Origin: Carcharhinus longimanus
Lineage: Eukaryota
Length of the DNA: 64,000 nt
Direction of reading: 5' to 3'
Assembly: GCA_030264375.1 (NCBI GenBank)
Contig: JASCQW010000156.1
Span: forward strand, 30,029,138 to 30,093,137
Both the position numbers and the translations under genes were made by a program. Positions 1 to 12,680 of the stretch are shown in pieces. The notes below the pieces were generated by a model. It saw only the letters and a list, made by a program, of their open reading frames with translations. It searched no databases and was not told the origin of the DNA. Position 1 is the first letter of the stretch, and each line of letters begins with the position of its first letter.

Positions 1-1145
1 ATAAAGCATTTGATAAAGATCCTCACAAGAAACTGTTAGCTAAAGCTGAAGCTTATGGATTGAAGACAAATTTTTGACCTGGTTAGAAAATTGGCAGAGC
101 AGAAGGAAACAAACAAGTGGGATAATGGACACATTCTCTAATTGACATGGTGACCATTGGTATCCTCCAAAAACCTCAATTATTTACTTAATCATTAATG
201 ACTTAGAGGAGAGATAAAAAACCACATATCCAGTTTGCCAACAACACAGAGAGGTGCCATTGTAGTCGGAAGTATAAAATTGCCAAGAGGTATTGATAGA
301 TTACATGCATGGGAAGAACTGTGGTAAATCAATTTTCATGTGGACAATGAGGTCACCAACTTTGAACCTAAAAAAGGTAGAACAGGACTTCTAAATGGTG
401 AAAAACTAGGAGCAGTGGAGGTCCAAAGAGATTTGAGGGCCTGGGTATGCAGATGATTAAAGTATCATGAATTAGAACAGAAAATAATTAAACCAGCTAG
501 CATTCCATTCAACTTTAAATATGGAGGACTAGACTGCAACAAGGTAGAAGTCCTGCTTCGGATATACTGATTAGATCATGTGCATTCTAGTCCAAAAGAA
601 CCAGTTGGCAAGGGATAGAATTGGAGCCAATTTTTACACTTGCGTTTATCTACAAAGTTACTCATTACAAGAATACACCTAATTTAACAACCACAGTTTT
701 ACTGTATTTATATGGAGCTCAAGTGAATAACCAGTTAATGCCCACCACTTGCATACAATTAACCTATACCTTTAATATCCAATTAACTGTTAACAGTTCT
801 GACGACCATACCTTTGAATGGATGTATTGGCCTTGAAGAGTGTCAAGTAGATTTACCAGAATTAAAGAGAGGTTAAACAAAAAAGGGTTGTAATCCCTGG
901 AATTTAAAAGTTTAAGGGTGATTTGATCCAAGTTTTCAAGATACTAACAGATCTGGAAAAACTATTTCTGCTGGTTGAGGAGCCTTTCTAGGATTAGTAA
1001 AAATGGCAGACTTTTCAGGAGTAAAATCAAGCAACGCTTCTATTCACAAAGGATGTTAGGAATTTGGAACTCTTCCACAAACTGCTATTGATACTGGATC
1101 AATTCTTAATTTTAATCTTGAGATTGATAGATGTCTGCTTGCTAA
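1..1145 (+). mobile_element. decayed CR1 LINE (RT region to 3' end) with an unrelated insert at about 600-810
   Basis: degenerate KAFDKVPH.. (AAAGCATTTGATAAAGATCCTCAC), FADDT-like and 3' RT motifs; many stops and frameshifts. Confidence 0.7.
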
Positions 1146-1164
1146 AAATGAAATGGAAGAAAGA

Positions 1165-1870
1165 CTAGCATTTATATGGCACCTTTCATGACCACTGGAT
1201 ATCTTAAAAATGCTTCATAGTAAGTAGTGTACTTTTGAAATGCAGTCACTCTTGTAACGTAGGAAATGCGCCATCCAGTTTGCATGCAGTAAACTCCGCC
1301 AAACAGCAATGCGATCATAATTTTTTTTATATGCTAATTGAGGGGTAAATATTGGTCAAGGCATCCCTGCACTTTGAACTAGCCATGATGTGGGTATGCC
1401 GGCGTTGGACTGGCGTAAACACAGTAAAAAGTCTGACAACACCAGGTTTTAGTCCANNNNNNNNNNNNNNNNNNNNNNNNNNNNNNNNNNNNNNNNNNNN
1501 NNNNNNNNNNNNNNNNNNNNNNNNNNNNNNNNNNNNNNNNNNNNNNNNNNNNNNNNGGCGTAAACACAGTAAAAAGTCTGACAACACCAGGTTTTAGTCC
1601 AACCTATTTATTTGATAATATACTCACTAGCTTAAGGGGCTAACCCGAAAGCTAGTGAGTATATTATCAAATAAATAGGTTGGACTAAAACCTGGTGTTG
1701 TCAGACTTTTTACTTTGAACTAGCACCATAGAATCTTTTTTGCCCACCTGAAAGTGCAGACAGCCCTTGCTTTAATGCCTCATCTTGAAATATGACGCTT
1801 TTAAAAGCCTCCTCTATCTTGATGTCCTGGAGCTAAACTTGAACGCAGTATTTTCTGATGTGGAGACAAA
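1165..1870 (-). mobile_element. old Deu-domain type SINE (SacSINE1-like), split by the hairpin element
   Basis: similar to 29250-29675 block (GCATTTATATGGCACCTTTCATGACC...CAGTTTGCATGCAG...TTTAATGCCTCATC); family name from recall. Confidence 0.5.
1384..1714. mobile_element. Penelope-derived hairpin element with target-site duplication
   Basis: perfect 66-bp inverted repeat 1568-1633/1649-1714; flanking direct repeat TTGAACTAGC at 1374-1383 and 1715-1724; contains a 100-N gap. Confidence 0.8.
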
Positions 1871-4250
1871 TCTGCTGCCAGAAGCTTTGTCAGATCTGCT
1901 GAGGGTTCAATAGATTTTTTTCCCTCTTTAATGGTTCTTTCACCATTTGCCACAGACCCAGGTAGACTGATATGTCCTTCAGGACTCGGGCAGCAGAGCC
2001 AGTAATGTTGTTAATGAGCCATTTTTGGGATTAACGTTGAAATTTCCCATTCAGTGTACATTTTGTGCTCATGCTCCCTTGAGTATTCCTTCCAAGTGGT
2101 GTTCAACCTGGAGGAGATTTTCATTAGCAGGATGTTTCCTTTCCTTGTTTGACTTGAGATTTCATGGGATGTGGAATCAATGTTGAATCCTGACTGTATA
2201 CCACTGTGCCAGCACCAGCGATAATAATGCAACATTGGTTTTAGGTATGATTTAGTGAGCATAACTATGATCTTGATAGGTGTGTGGGCCAGCTTTCCTA
2301 ATTTGGCACTGGTTTTCGGCTATTAGTGAGGAGCACTGATATGGAATTTTGCTGCTATCCAGCGAAAAGCATACTTTGCACCTTCAGTAGACCAGACAAA
2401 GCTTTGGAGTTTTAAATTGGCCTTTATTCACGTGATAGTGAGGAACTCTGTTTTCCACCAGGTGGTGTACAGACTTACTGAGTGATACATGCTATGGATT
2501 TTGCATATACCAATTATAAGGATACAAATGTTTGAAAATCACTGATATCCAATCACAACTAATAGTTCTGATTACTTAATTTATGTCAGGTGAATATAGT
2601 TAATCAGTTATAGTTTCTATGTGCTTGTCTAATTATAATTATTACTTACTAACGAGGTATATCTATATGGATACACCATCCAAACACCATGCCTATTGTA
2701 TGGCTAATGAGTTCTCACCCTCTGTCCCTTAGTCTGTTTGTTTGTGCTACCTATCTACAAGTGTGGGAAATGCATTGAAACATATTCACAGCAGCTTCCC
2801 AGAGAACTGTGCTATCCTTAGTTTACAGGTGAAATTCTACAGCACTCAAAGATTTTTTTTTAATTCCTTCAGTCCCCCTGTTGGCCTTTGCCTTTACCCA
2901 AATAGGCTAAATTAGCAGTTGAAATTCTTCTCCTCTGAACAGCAGGCACTACAGATGGATTTCAATGCAGCAATGATAGTATTAAATTCTAATTGGTCAA
3001 AATGAGGAAAGGTTAACTCCTCATTGTTTGATGGGATGTGTGATCAAGCTGTTGTCTGGGTGTGCATGATCGATTTCTAATCACCTATTGATATCATTTC
3101 CCATAATTCCCTATTTTGAAGCTCAGGATGAAACTGTATAGCCAACTCGGCAGTGTGTGCCTTTGTCCTTTCCGGTTCCAAGGCTAATGCTGGTTGGTAT
3201 AGGCATTTTTATCTTTCTTCAACTTCTCTGTAGCAATTTTTTTTAAAACAACATTACTTCATGGCATGTGGTATCAATAGCAAGGCCAGTATTTGCCATT
3301 TCACAGGGCGGTTAAACATTTGTCTGGGCCCCTTGGATTACTAGCCTAGTCACATTACCTATGACACCACCATCTCCCTGAATTTGATACAAGGATACTT
3401 GCTAGGTCACTTCATAGGGAATTTGAGAATCAACCACATTGCTGTGGCNNNNNNNNNNNNNNNNNNNNNNNNNNNNNNNNNNNNNNNNNNNNNNNNNNNN
3501 NNNNNNNNNNNNNNNNNNNNNNNNNNNNNNNNNNNNNNNNNNNNNNNNNNNNNNNNNNNNNNNNNNNNNNNNNNNNNNNNNNNNNNNNNNNNNNNNNNNN
3601 NNNNNNNNNNNNNNNNNNNNNNNNNNNNNNNNNNNNNNNNNNNNNNNNNNNNNNNNNNNNNNNNNNNNNNNNNNNNNNNNNNNNNNNNNNNNNNNNNNNN
3701 NNNNNNNNNNNNNNNNNNNNNNNNNNNNNNNNNNNNNNNNNNNNNNNNNNNNNNNNNNNNNNNNNNNNNNNNNNNNNNNNNNNNNNNNNNNNNNNNNNNN
3801 NNNNNNNNNNNNNNNNNNNNNNNNNNNNNNNNNNNNNNNNNNNNNNNNNNNNNNNNNNNNNNNNNNNNNNNNNNNNNNNNNNNNNNNNNNNNNNNNNNNN
3901 NNNNNNNNNNNNNNNNNNNNNNNNNNNNNNNNNNNNNNNNNNNNNNNNNNNNNNNNNNNNNNNNNNNNNNNNNNNNNNNNNNNNNNNNNNNNNNNNNNNN
4001 NNNNNNNNNNNNNNNNNNNNNNNNNNNNNNNNNNNNNNNNNNNNNNNNNNNNNNNNNNNNNNNNNNNNCCCCCCACCCCGCAACTTCCATACTCTTTCTC
4101 TACTGCTTCCCTTCTCCTCCCCCCTCCCTGTTGCCGCCACCTTTCTTTTGATATGTTTTTTCAAATATACATACAACTGATTCAGTACCACAGAAATCAT
4201 TCTATTATTGAATTTGGATTAACTGCTGCTGTTTGTGTGTAAATTGACAG

Positions 4251-4385
4251 GTGGCGCTGTGGACACTGGGACAACAGGTTGCTTGCACAGGCTATGTGGT
4301 GGAACCTTACAGAAAATATCCATCTCTTCTTGAAGTGCTGCTGAACTTTCTTAAGACTGAGCAAAACCAGGGTATTCGGAGAGAG
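4251..4385 (+). CDS. MTOR: MTOR coding exon (human exon 17 equivalent), 135 nt
   Basis: ttgacAG|GTG...GAG|GTaagg; translates VALWTLGQQVACTGYVVEPYRKYPSLLEVLLNFLKTEQNQGIRRE, matching mTOR HEAT region. Confidence 0.97.
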
Positions 4386-4509
4386 GTAAGGCATGGAAAA
4401 TATAAAAGTACAGACTACCATTACACAGTTGATTTAAGTATACATCTAAATCTTTTCCATCAGAAGAAGGGAGTACTTTGATACAGTATGGATCCTTGGT
4501 GATTTCAGA

Positions 4510-4820
4510 TCATAGAATTCCTATGGTGTAGAAGAAGGTCATTTGGCTCATCAAACCTGCACCGACAACAATCCGACCCAGGCTCTAACCTCTTAATCCC
4601 ACATATTTACCTTGCTAATCCCCCTGACACTCAAGGGCAACTCAGCATGGCCAACAACCTAGCCCGTTTTGGACTATGGGAGGAAACCGGAGCACTTGGA
4701 GGAAATCCATGCAGACAGAGGGAGAAAATGCAAACTCCACGCAGACAGTCACCCAAGGCCGGAATTGAACCTGGATCCCTACCGCTGTGTGACAGCAGTA
4801 CTAACCACTGTGCCACCGTG
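4510..4820 (-). mobile_element. HE1-type shark tRNA-derived SINE
   Basis: A/B-box head GGTGGCACAGTGGTTAGTACTGCTG...GGTTCAATTCC on - strand; CR1-like tail ending GGAATTCTATGA. Confidence 0.85.
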
Positions 4821-5258
4821 GTTCGCTTATTTCTATATTCCATGATTCTGTGCTTAAAGGAAGTTCAAGGCAGAGAAAGGGCTACTGCGTTATAATCCAG
4901 TATTTTCTGTGGATTTATCCATTACGTGAGTTATTTCACTCCCCAAGCCTGAAGCCTGTGTGTGCCATGTATCATTTCCAAACCAGGAGAGAGAGAAAGG
5001 CAAGCATGTTCCCAGGTCCTCAATCCCATTCTTAAGACAACACCTAGAAGGTATATGAAAATGGCATGAAGGTTGCCTGCTTTCTTCCAGGTTCTGCACC
5101 CCTCACTGCCAATCCTGTGATTTTGGTATATAGAGAATTTCAAGATGCAAACTCTTAACTATCCTTCTATGCTGGATGCTGTTTTTGGGAGCAGTTAGCT
5201 GCGTACTACGCTCTGTGGAATATATTCTGTACAGTCTGAATGAATCTCAGTTTATTTT

Positions 5259-5563
5259 ATAGAATTATAGAATCCCTACAGTTCAGAAGGAGGCTGTTTG
5301 GTCCAACGAGCCTGCACTGACAACAAGTCCACCCAGACTCTATCCCCATAATCCCACGTATTTACCCTGCTAAAAATCCTTGACAGGAAGGGTCAATTTA
5401 GTATGACTAATCCACCAAACCAGCACATTTTTGGAAGGAAAATGGAGCACCTGGAGGAAACCCAGGCAGACATGGGGAGAACATGTAGACTCTGCACTGA
5501 CAAGCACCCAAGGCCGGAATCGAACTTGGGTCCCTAGCACTCTGAGGCAGCAGTGCTAACCAC
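5259..5563 (-). mobile_element. HE1-type SINE
   Basis: same consensus as 4510-4820, CR1-like tail. Confidence 0.85.
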
Positions 5564-6680
5564 TAATTGTGAAAAGGTTGTATGAAAATGGCAAGTTGCT
5601 GTTTCCTTCCTACTCCTCTCTCCCCATTCATCTCTTATGATCTGCTTTTCAAAATACATGAACAACTGATTCAAAACCACAGAAATCTCTATTATTGAAA
5701 GTACAGGACAAGCATTTGGATTAACTGCTGCTGTTTCTGTATGAATTGGACATATGGTCATGAAGAACTCAGTCCATTTGCTGCTATGTCAACCAATATT
5801 TTGGCTACCATAGATGGTTACCAGCAAACACATTGAAAGTCTGCACTAAATTTCTGGAACTGCACAGCCAACATTATTTATATGCTATATAACAGACCCC
5901 TTGTAAAGCAGTCGATTTTAAGCACTATATATCAAACAAATGCAACTTCCACGCAACTTGGACAATTTATTAATTTGTAGACCATCATTTTGAGCCAACA
6001 GCCATGAAGGGCGAGTGCAGAAAATTGCCTATTATAATGGTTAATTAAAAACTGCTATTTGTGGATTGAGCAGTGTTCCATCCATGATTTATAGATCCAA
6101 ATTTAAAAACAAAATATCCAGTCACTGTTTTGAATTTAAAATCTAAGGTTGCCAACTATCAGCCATACCATACTCAATCATTATGTTGACTTTGTGTCTG
6201 AGAAGTTGCTTCATAATTTTTCCTCTTTAAACACAAAGGCTCCAATGCTAGAGAGTGCTGAGCTGTATGGACTGGTAAAATTCCAGATTTAGTTCTTGGT
6301 TTATGCTGAGCTGGCTAATCTCTGGCAGAAAGGCAGTAGACTACATAAATTTGCTTCAATTCCTTGAGGTTATTGAGGGGAATCTGCCTGTGTTCCTCCC
6401 GTTGATCATTATCCAATCACTCGTTAGAAAATGCACACACGTGCTTCTGAAATGAGGATAGGATTGAAATTTCTGCCATGGTCAAATTGCCTGCCAGTTT
6501 AGGCTTGAATGGGAAGAGTAAGCAATTACTGGAGAACTACTGAATCCTGTAGCGTAAAACTCCAACATGGGTCAGTGCATCAGATGAGCAAGGGTGGAGT
6601 GGGGATGGAAATGAGAGTCTTCACATTTGTGAAACATGCCAACACTAAATATTGTGAAAAATAAGATTGCCAAAACGTAA

Positions 6681-6812
6681 GAGGGTGAGATTTTACAGCC
6701 TTGCCCGTCCTGAAACCGTAAAATTCCCCTCCCAAGGTCAACTGACTTTCCTGTGGTCTGCCTCTCGCCCGCTCTGATTCCCGTAGCGGGCTAGTTGGTA
6801 AAATTCTGGCCT
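6681..6812. repeat. short GC-rich MITE-like element with imperfect terminal inverted repeats
   Basis: GGGTGAGATTTTAC...GTAAAATTCTGGCC; related copy at 62799-62913 (GGGTGGGATTTTCC...GGAAAATTTCACTC). Confidence 0.55.
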
Positions 6813-7139
6813 GAATGTTGATGTATCCTTTTAATAAGAACACAGAAATTGAAGACAGAAATTAATTTAAATAAGGATTGCCATTATACTTAAGTGCAGA
6901 CTTGTTAATAAAAAAGAATGAAAATTGAGGAGAAGTATAACTTGAACAGGGTGCATAAAAGTTTCCAATTTTATGAAAAACATTTTTTATACTACTGCTC
7001 TTGGTGCTGGTATTCGGGTAGCTCAGGTTGCAATTCAGGTCAGTTGGATGTAGTTAAAAGTGGTATTCATAAGGATTGCTCCTGTTCAGAACTGCCATTT
7101 ACAATTATGTTGACTGTCAAATAATCCTCAGGTAAAATA

Positions 7140-7445
7140 AACACTTCTCGGCCTTTTGGCTAAGATCAAGTATAGTATCGACATCCTGCAGTTGGTTGAA
7201 GTCATGAGGTTACAGTAAGGCTTCATTTGAAGCAATTTTTTTAAAGCGGCATCTCAGCCTGTTGGCTAAGATGCAAATGAAATCAAGCCTTGGAGAAGAT
7301 GCAATGAATGCCTGTTCCAAACAGCTTGGGCCATGTAGATCAAGCCCAGGACAGGAAGTGAAAGGCCTGCCTTGTCAGCCTGGATTTGGAATGTCTCACT
7401 TGCTGAGAGTTTGAATTGGATTTTGATTGGGTTGAATTGGATATA
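7140..7445 (+). mobile_element. U2 snRNA-headed SINE-like element / U2 5' retro-fragment with second degenerate U2 head
   Basis: 7144-7179 CTTCTCGGCCTTTTGGCTAAGATCAAGTaTAGTATC matches U2 nt 5-40 with one mismatch; second copy GCATCTCAGCCTGTTGGCTAAGAT at 7249-7272; ends in (TTGAATTGG)-like short-repeat tail then A-rich run. Confidence 0.75.
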
Positions 7446-9484
7446 TAAACCAAAAAAAAGGTTTTTTTTATAGATCACCTGTCAGTAAAAGTAATCATTT
7501 TTCATATACTTTAAAGGTAATTTTTTTTTGTGGTTCCTACCAGTTACATGAGAACTGAAAGGTGGGCAAGTATGCCATCACCCATTTTTACAAAACTTAT
7601 CAAGGGCAGAACTAATTCTGCAAATAAATTCTTGGGTGAGCTAGCACAGTCGAGAACTCATCTGTTTCCAGAGCTGGTGGAATATATTGTGCCCTGCAAG
7701 AACTATTTAAGTTCTGTGCAACTTCTAAATAAAGGACTGGATAGCACTGTCAAGATTATTATGATCCATCTGGCCAGACCCAAACGGCACAAAATATTTA
7801 TTGTTTATGCCTGTCATTGCTTCGTTTGGCAAAAATCTACCTAGCTTCACCTTCATTATGTCCACCTCCATGTTCATATCAAGCAATGATTTATTTTGGG
7901 CCTAAATGTAAACTATTATTGAATTAGTCATGTGTAATTATGCAACTATTGAATTAGTCATTAGTACTGTGGGCATAAATGGCCATAACCTCGGAGCTCC
8001 AAAGCATTATATTCGATGGGTACCCCACAGGTGAGCTGTGGAGGTTCACGGGAAATGATTACATGACAATTGTCCAGAAGTGCAAACTTCCTCGATCAAT
8101 TACTTTGCAATGGAAGCCATCCGAAAATGCAATTTAACTTGCAAACTTTAAATAGTTCAGACTGGATTACATCAATAATTACCCAGAAAAAGTGGGAAGA
8201 ATTAAAATCCCTTCCAGACCATGGGACTCCGCCACAACGCCAAACCCCCCAGGGACTCCTAGTATGGGCTGCAGCTGTTCAAGAAGGCAGCTCACCACCA
8301 TCACCTCAAATATAGTTAGGGATAATCAATAAATGCTGGCTAGCCGGCAATGGCCACAACCTAAGAATGAATTTTTAAAAATTTATATGGTCAGCTGTCT
8401 AAATGGTCGGCATAAGTACTCTGATGCTCACCACAAAACGTTTACAAAATAACATATGCTGATAATATGAAAAAAAGTTGTTTCTTCTCTCCCTTCGATC
8501 ACTAAATATAACCCTTCACTAATTTAAATTTATTTAGGAGATATCATGACATTTTTACTTGTTAGCTGACACACGCTGGAATGAATTGTCTTGTACATCT
8601 GACATAGGGTGCAAAACAATCTGTTTAAATAAAAAAAGCACCTACAGTCTCTCTCTAATTGATCCAATTGTTTACAAGTAACAGTAGTTCCTAGATTTGT
8701 TCTGGAATTGTGGCCTGAAAGGGAGAGGCAAGATTAAACACTGCCTTAGCATTATTGAGTTCCGGACTACATGGGCAACACATCTGTTTGTGTTACAATA
8801 TAGACTCAGTGGAAATATACAGCAACTTTGCCTGAATGTAAAAAATGAAATAACTGGTGAATGGAGAAGCAGCTAAATATTTAGGTAGGAGGCATGAGAC
8901 CATACTGACAAAGAACCCCTCGTGTGACCCCTTATCACATGTACACTCCCTGAAAATAGATTCTTGACTCCTTGTCTGCTGAAGCTTCATCCTGAGTTGT
9001 TTTCCTGCCAGTTATTTTTGTCAATGATGTTTGCCATTATCCGCTCTTGGGCAGGATGCAGAGTTAGGCCTCAATTCTACCTTGGCTGAAATGGGGATCA
9101 AACCTGTGCTTTTGGCATTGATTGTGAACCCACATGCTGGTCACCTGAGCTAAGCAGCCCCCAAAGAACTCCTTGTCCTTTTCTTCAAATGCTGGTGGAC
9201 CTACTGTTTGTTTTCAGTACTTTGTGACCTTATTTCAGACATCTGGATTTCTTTTAATCACCAGCTGTAACCAAATCACAAAGTTGAGTTCTTTTTGCGA
9301 ATTTAGGACAAAGTTTAGCTTAATTATCTTAATCTTTGAAAAAAGTTGTTTTCATCTGGACATAACCATCTCAAAATTTGCATTGCACTCCAATAACCAT
9401 GCTAAATTCTACCCCAAATATTAATGTAATTATTGTAGATATGAACAAAATAACTTACTCCAAGAACTCTGTGGCCACATTTTA

Positions 9485-9910
9485 CTATTACACAAACTAG
9501 GGTTACATTCCCTGGAATTTAGAAGTTTTAAGAGGTGATTTGATCCAAATTTTCAAGATCTGAAGGAAAAAAGACAAGGCAAATAAAGAAAAATTATATT
9601 TCTACTGGTTGGGAAGTCCACCACAATGGGACCTGGTCTAAAAATTAGAGCCAAACCTTTAAGGGGTTTTTGGATGTGAAATTAAGAAATACTTCTACGC
9701 ACAAAGGATGGTAGAGGTGTGGAGTTCACTTTCACTCATGGCAATTGATGCTAGATTAATTATTTAATTTTAAATCTGACATTGAAAATTTTTGTTAATT
9801 GAAAGTGTTTATAAATGAGGAAAAGGCCGATTTATAGAGTTAGATCACAGATCAGTAATAAACTTATTGAATGAAGTAGAACAGGAATTAAATGGCCATT
9901 CCCTGTTTCT
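9485..9910 (+). mobile_element. CR1 LINE 3' fragment
   Basis: CCCTGGAATTTAGAAGTTTTAAGAGGTGATTTGATCCAAATTTTCAAGATC (LEFR.LRGDLIQ.FKI motif), near-identical style to 895-1145. Confidence 0.75.
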
Positions 9911-10002
9911 TTATTTCTCTTTCAAAAACTCTCAAATGCTTTTTTTTAATAAGAGACTTTTCTCATTATTTAGCAGTAAGCATGTCACATTTTTCTTCTT
10001 AG

Positions 10003-10132
10003 GCTATCCGTGTCTTGGGGCTATTAGGTGCCTTAGATCCATACAAGCACAAAGTTAATATTGGGATGATTGACCAGTCACGTGATGCTTCTGCTGTCAG
10101 TCTCTCAGAATCCAAATCAAACCAGGATTCAG
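10003..10132 (+). CDS. MTOR: MTOR coding exon (exon 18 equivalent), 130 nt
   Basis: ttcttAG|GCT...TCAG|GTatgg; AIRVLGLLGALDPYKHKVNIGMIDQSRDASAVSLSESKSNQDS; phase 0 to 1. Confidence 0.97.
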
Positions 10133-12499
10133 GTATGGATGTATTTTGAATTAAGCATCTGTTTCTCAGTGACCTGACGATATGGCTGATAGTGACAGTA
10201 TTGTGATGATTATTAATCAATAATCACTTCATCCTTAAAATTTTTTAAAACTTTGTCATGGTAAATTGAAATATTAATTTTTGGACCAAGCAAACACTAA
10301 TGTGTGTTCATCTTGAAGCTTTCCTTGGTGTTTGTGTAATGTCATGTGGGATTAGGTGTAAAGTAATAAATGTAACACTGAAAGCACATGCTTTATTTAA
10401 GTGGAGCTAAACCTTGGCTCCTGATGGTTCTGCAGTGGGGGTGCGAGTTATCAGCAGGGTATGGGACCAGGAATGATTTTAGAGTCAGTAAGTACTTTCC
10501 AATATTTTTATGGCCAAAGTTGTGCATGAGTTGCACTTCACTCTCCATGATTGGTTATAGGAACTATTGACCCTTTACGTTGAGTATGGTTTGAATTTAG
10601 ATGCATTGATATTAATTATTTTTCTGCAGGTTTCTCCTTACACTTCATCATTTTTTGCAGACTGTCTATAGAAGATAAAAGTTGTACCATAAATATGTAC
10701 AGGAAGAAAATACCATCAGTGCATCTAAGACTCCTTGAGGAAGCTTTATGCTTCAATTCTCAGCAGACATCCATAACATCTGTGCAATATTCTTTAATGA
10801 GCACGCTAGCTTTTTTATAATCTTGTTCAGTTCTTTCTGGGCATGTTTTAGCATGTACTTACAGTGCTGACTGACTTTATGAAGCTGATGTCATTTTAAA
10901 CAAAATGTTAAATTCTTAACCCTTTTGAATAGAAATTGCAACTTGGTGTACAATTAATCTGGTCTAGACAGTCGTCTCTTGACCAGCGGTCTCTGGTCAA
11001 GACATATTGATGCTGCAAGGTTACATAATAGTTCTATTTTATGTTCTGGAACTGAGAGTTTCCCTCTCACTTTTTCTTCTTTATTTGATATGTTTTTCAT
11101 TTTTCCCCTTTGATGTTGAGCCTACTTGTCCTTTTTAATTTAATGAGCAACATGTTAAATTTTACACTTTATCAAAAAATGCAGTTATTCAGACAACATA
11201 GTTCTCCAATTCCTCAGCATATGTAAACATAAATAATTAGGGTTGTTTAATTATAAGAGGATATTCAGTTGAGCTCAAACATCTTCATTCATGAAACACA
11301 GCAGAAGCCATTAAATAGCACCATGTGCAGGACCTCTGGCAAATTGCTCCCCATCCAATACCATATAGTTTGTAATCTGCACTGAATACAATAAACAGTG
11401 TTGCAATTGAACAAGAACTGTAGTTAAAAGGCATTTGTGCTGGTTGCATTAAGAGATTTAAGTTTTCACTTCATCAATTTAGCTTGACCTATTTAAAGTA
11501 TAGGAATTATGACCAGGAGTTTCTGTAGTTCTGTGTGAAGATTTATGCGGGGAACTGTTTGAAGTTAAATTGAGTTATTTAAGTTTTTTTCAATTTAAGA
11601 AAACCTTCAAGATAACGAGGCATTTTATATGAAACATCAAACTCTTAATTACAGTTATTGAACAATTAAACTGTTCATTATGAAGGTCAGTTTTGTTGAT
11701 TGGATCCATTAATATAAACTGCTAACTGAAATGTATTTATCTTCCTTTCTAGAAACAAAGTGGGAGGATTGCTATATATTATGGAGATCAGAGAGAAATT
11801 AAGTCAAACTTTTAATATAGATTATATGTAAACTGTGGAAATAGTCAATTTAATTGGCCATTTCTCCTTCAACGTAGTGCAACTTCCAAATTGCTTTCTT
11901 CTTGAATGTTTTGTTTATTTGTAGATCATAATTATCTGCTTGCATCATTTTTTGTGATGTAAAGGGGCAATCAAAATGGCAGGGATCTAATTGCTTTAGA
12001 ACTTTTGACCAGAGGAAGAGTTCATAAGAAGGAAATAAACATTGTGGCTAAATTGAATGACAGGTGATCCATATATTTTATGACACAGGCTGCACTGCGC
12101 AGCTGAGTATAAATGCCTTATGCTGACCTTATCTGACTTCACGTAGACTGGATGTGCCCTTTTTAATGCACACCTCTTCATCTGTGTGCACTTCAGGAAA
12201 TCAAGCGTGACCTTGGCTATTAAAATATAATGATGTAGGGTACAACTTTATACACTGGTTAATTAACATTAAAGCAGTCACATCAGATGTGGTATGTTAG
12301 GATAGTGGAATATGTGGAAATGTTTAAACGTCATTTTACTAAGGATTATTTATTGACTAGAAACATAAAATGTTTGAAAGAATGAATTTTGTAAGCAGGT
12401 GCACATTTGCTGCTTTGGGAAGGAGTTCTGAATATGTTTTGTGGTCACTGTTAAATATTCTGTTAATCCCCTGTCAAAATACCACACTAGTATGAGTAA

Positions 12500-12680
12500 G
12501 TTCAGCTGGCTCGAGGCTGAGAGACAGATTTTTAATCAGTAAGGGAATCAAGGGCTATGGGGATAAGGTGGGAAAATTGAGTTGAGGATCATCATGTCAG
12601 ATCAGTCATGATCTCATTGAATGGCAAAGCAGATTCAAGAGCCAGATGACTTACTGTAGCTCCTACATCATATGGACTCC
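12500..12680 (+). mobile_element. short CR1 3' end
   Basis: GGCTGAGAGACAGATTTTTAATCAGTAAGGGAATCAAGGG...GCTCCTACATCATATGG, similar to 62460-62604. Confidence 0.7.

Noticed and set aside
1412-1601. Apparent direct repeat of the hairpin element leader on both sides of the gap
   Set aside because: Identical sequence flanking a 100-N placeholder; most likely a contig overlap artefact
3384-4242. Long ORFs (224-267 aa) in several frames
   Set aside because: They consist almost entirely of X from the 620-N gap at 3449-4068
7140-7179. Functional U2 snRNA gene
   Set aside because: Only nt 1-40 are present, the branch-point recognition sequence is altered and there is no Sm site or 3' stems
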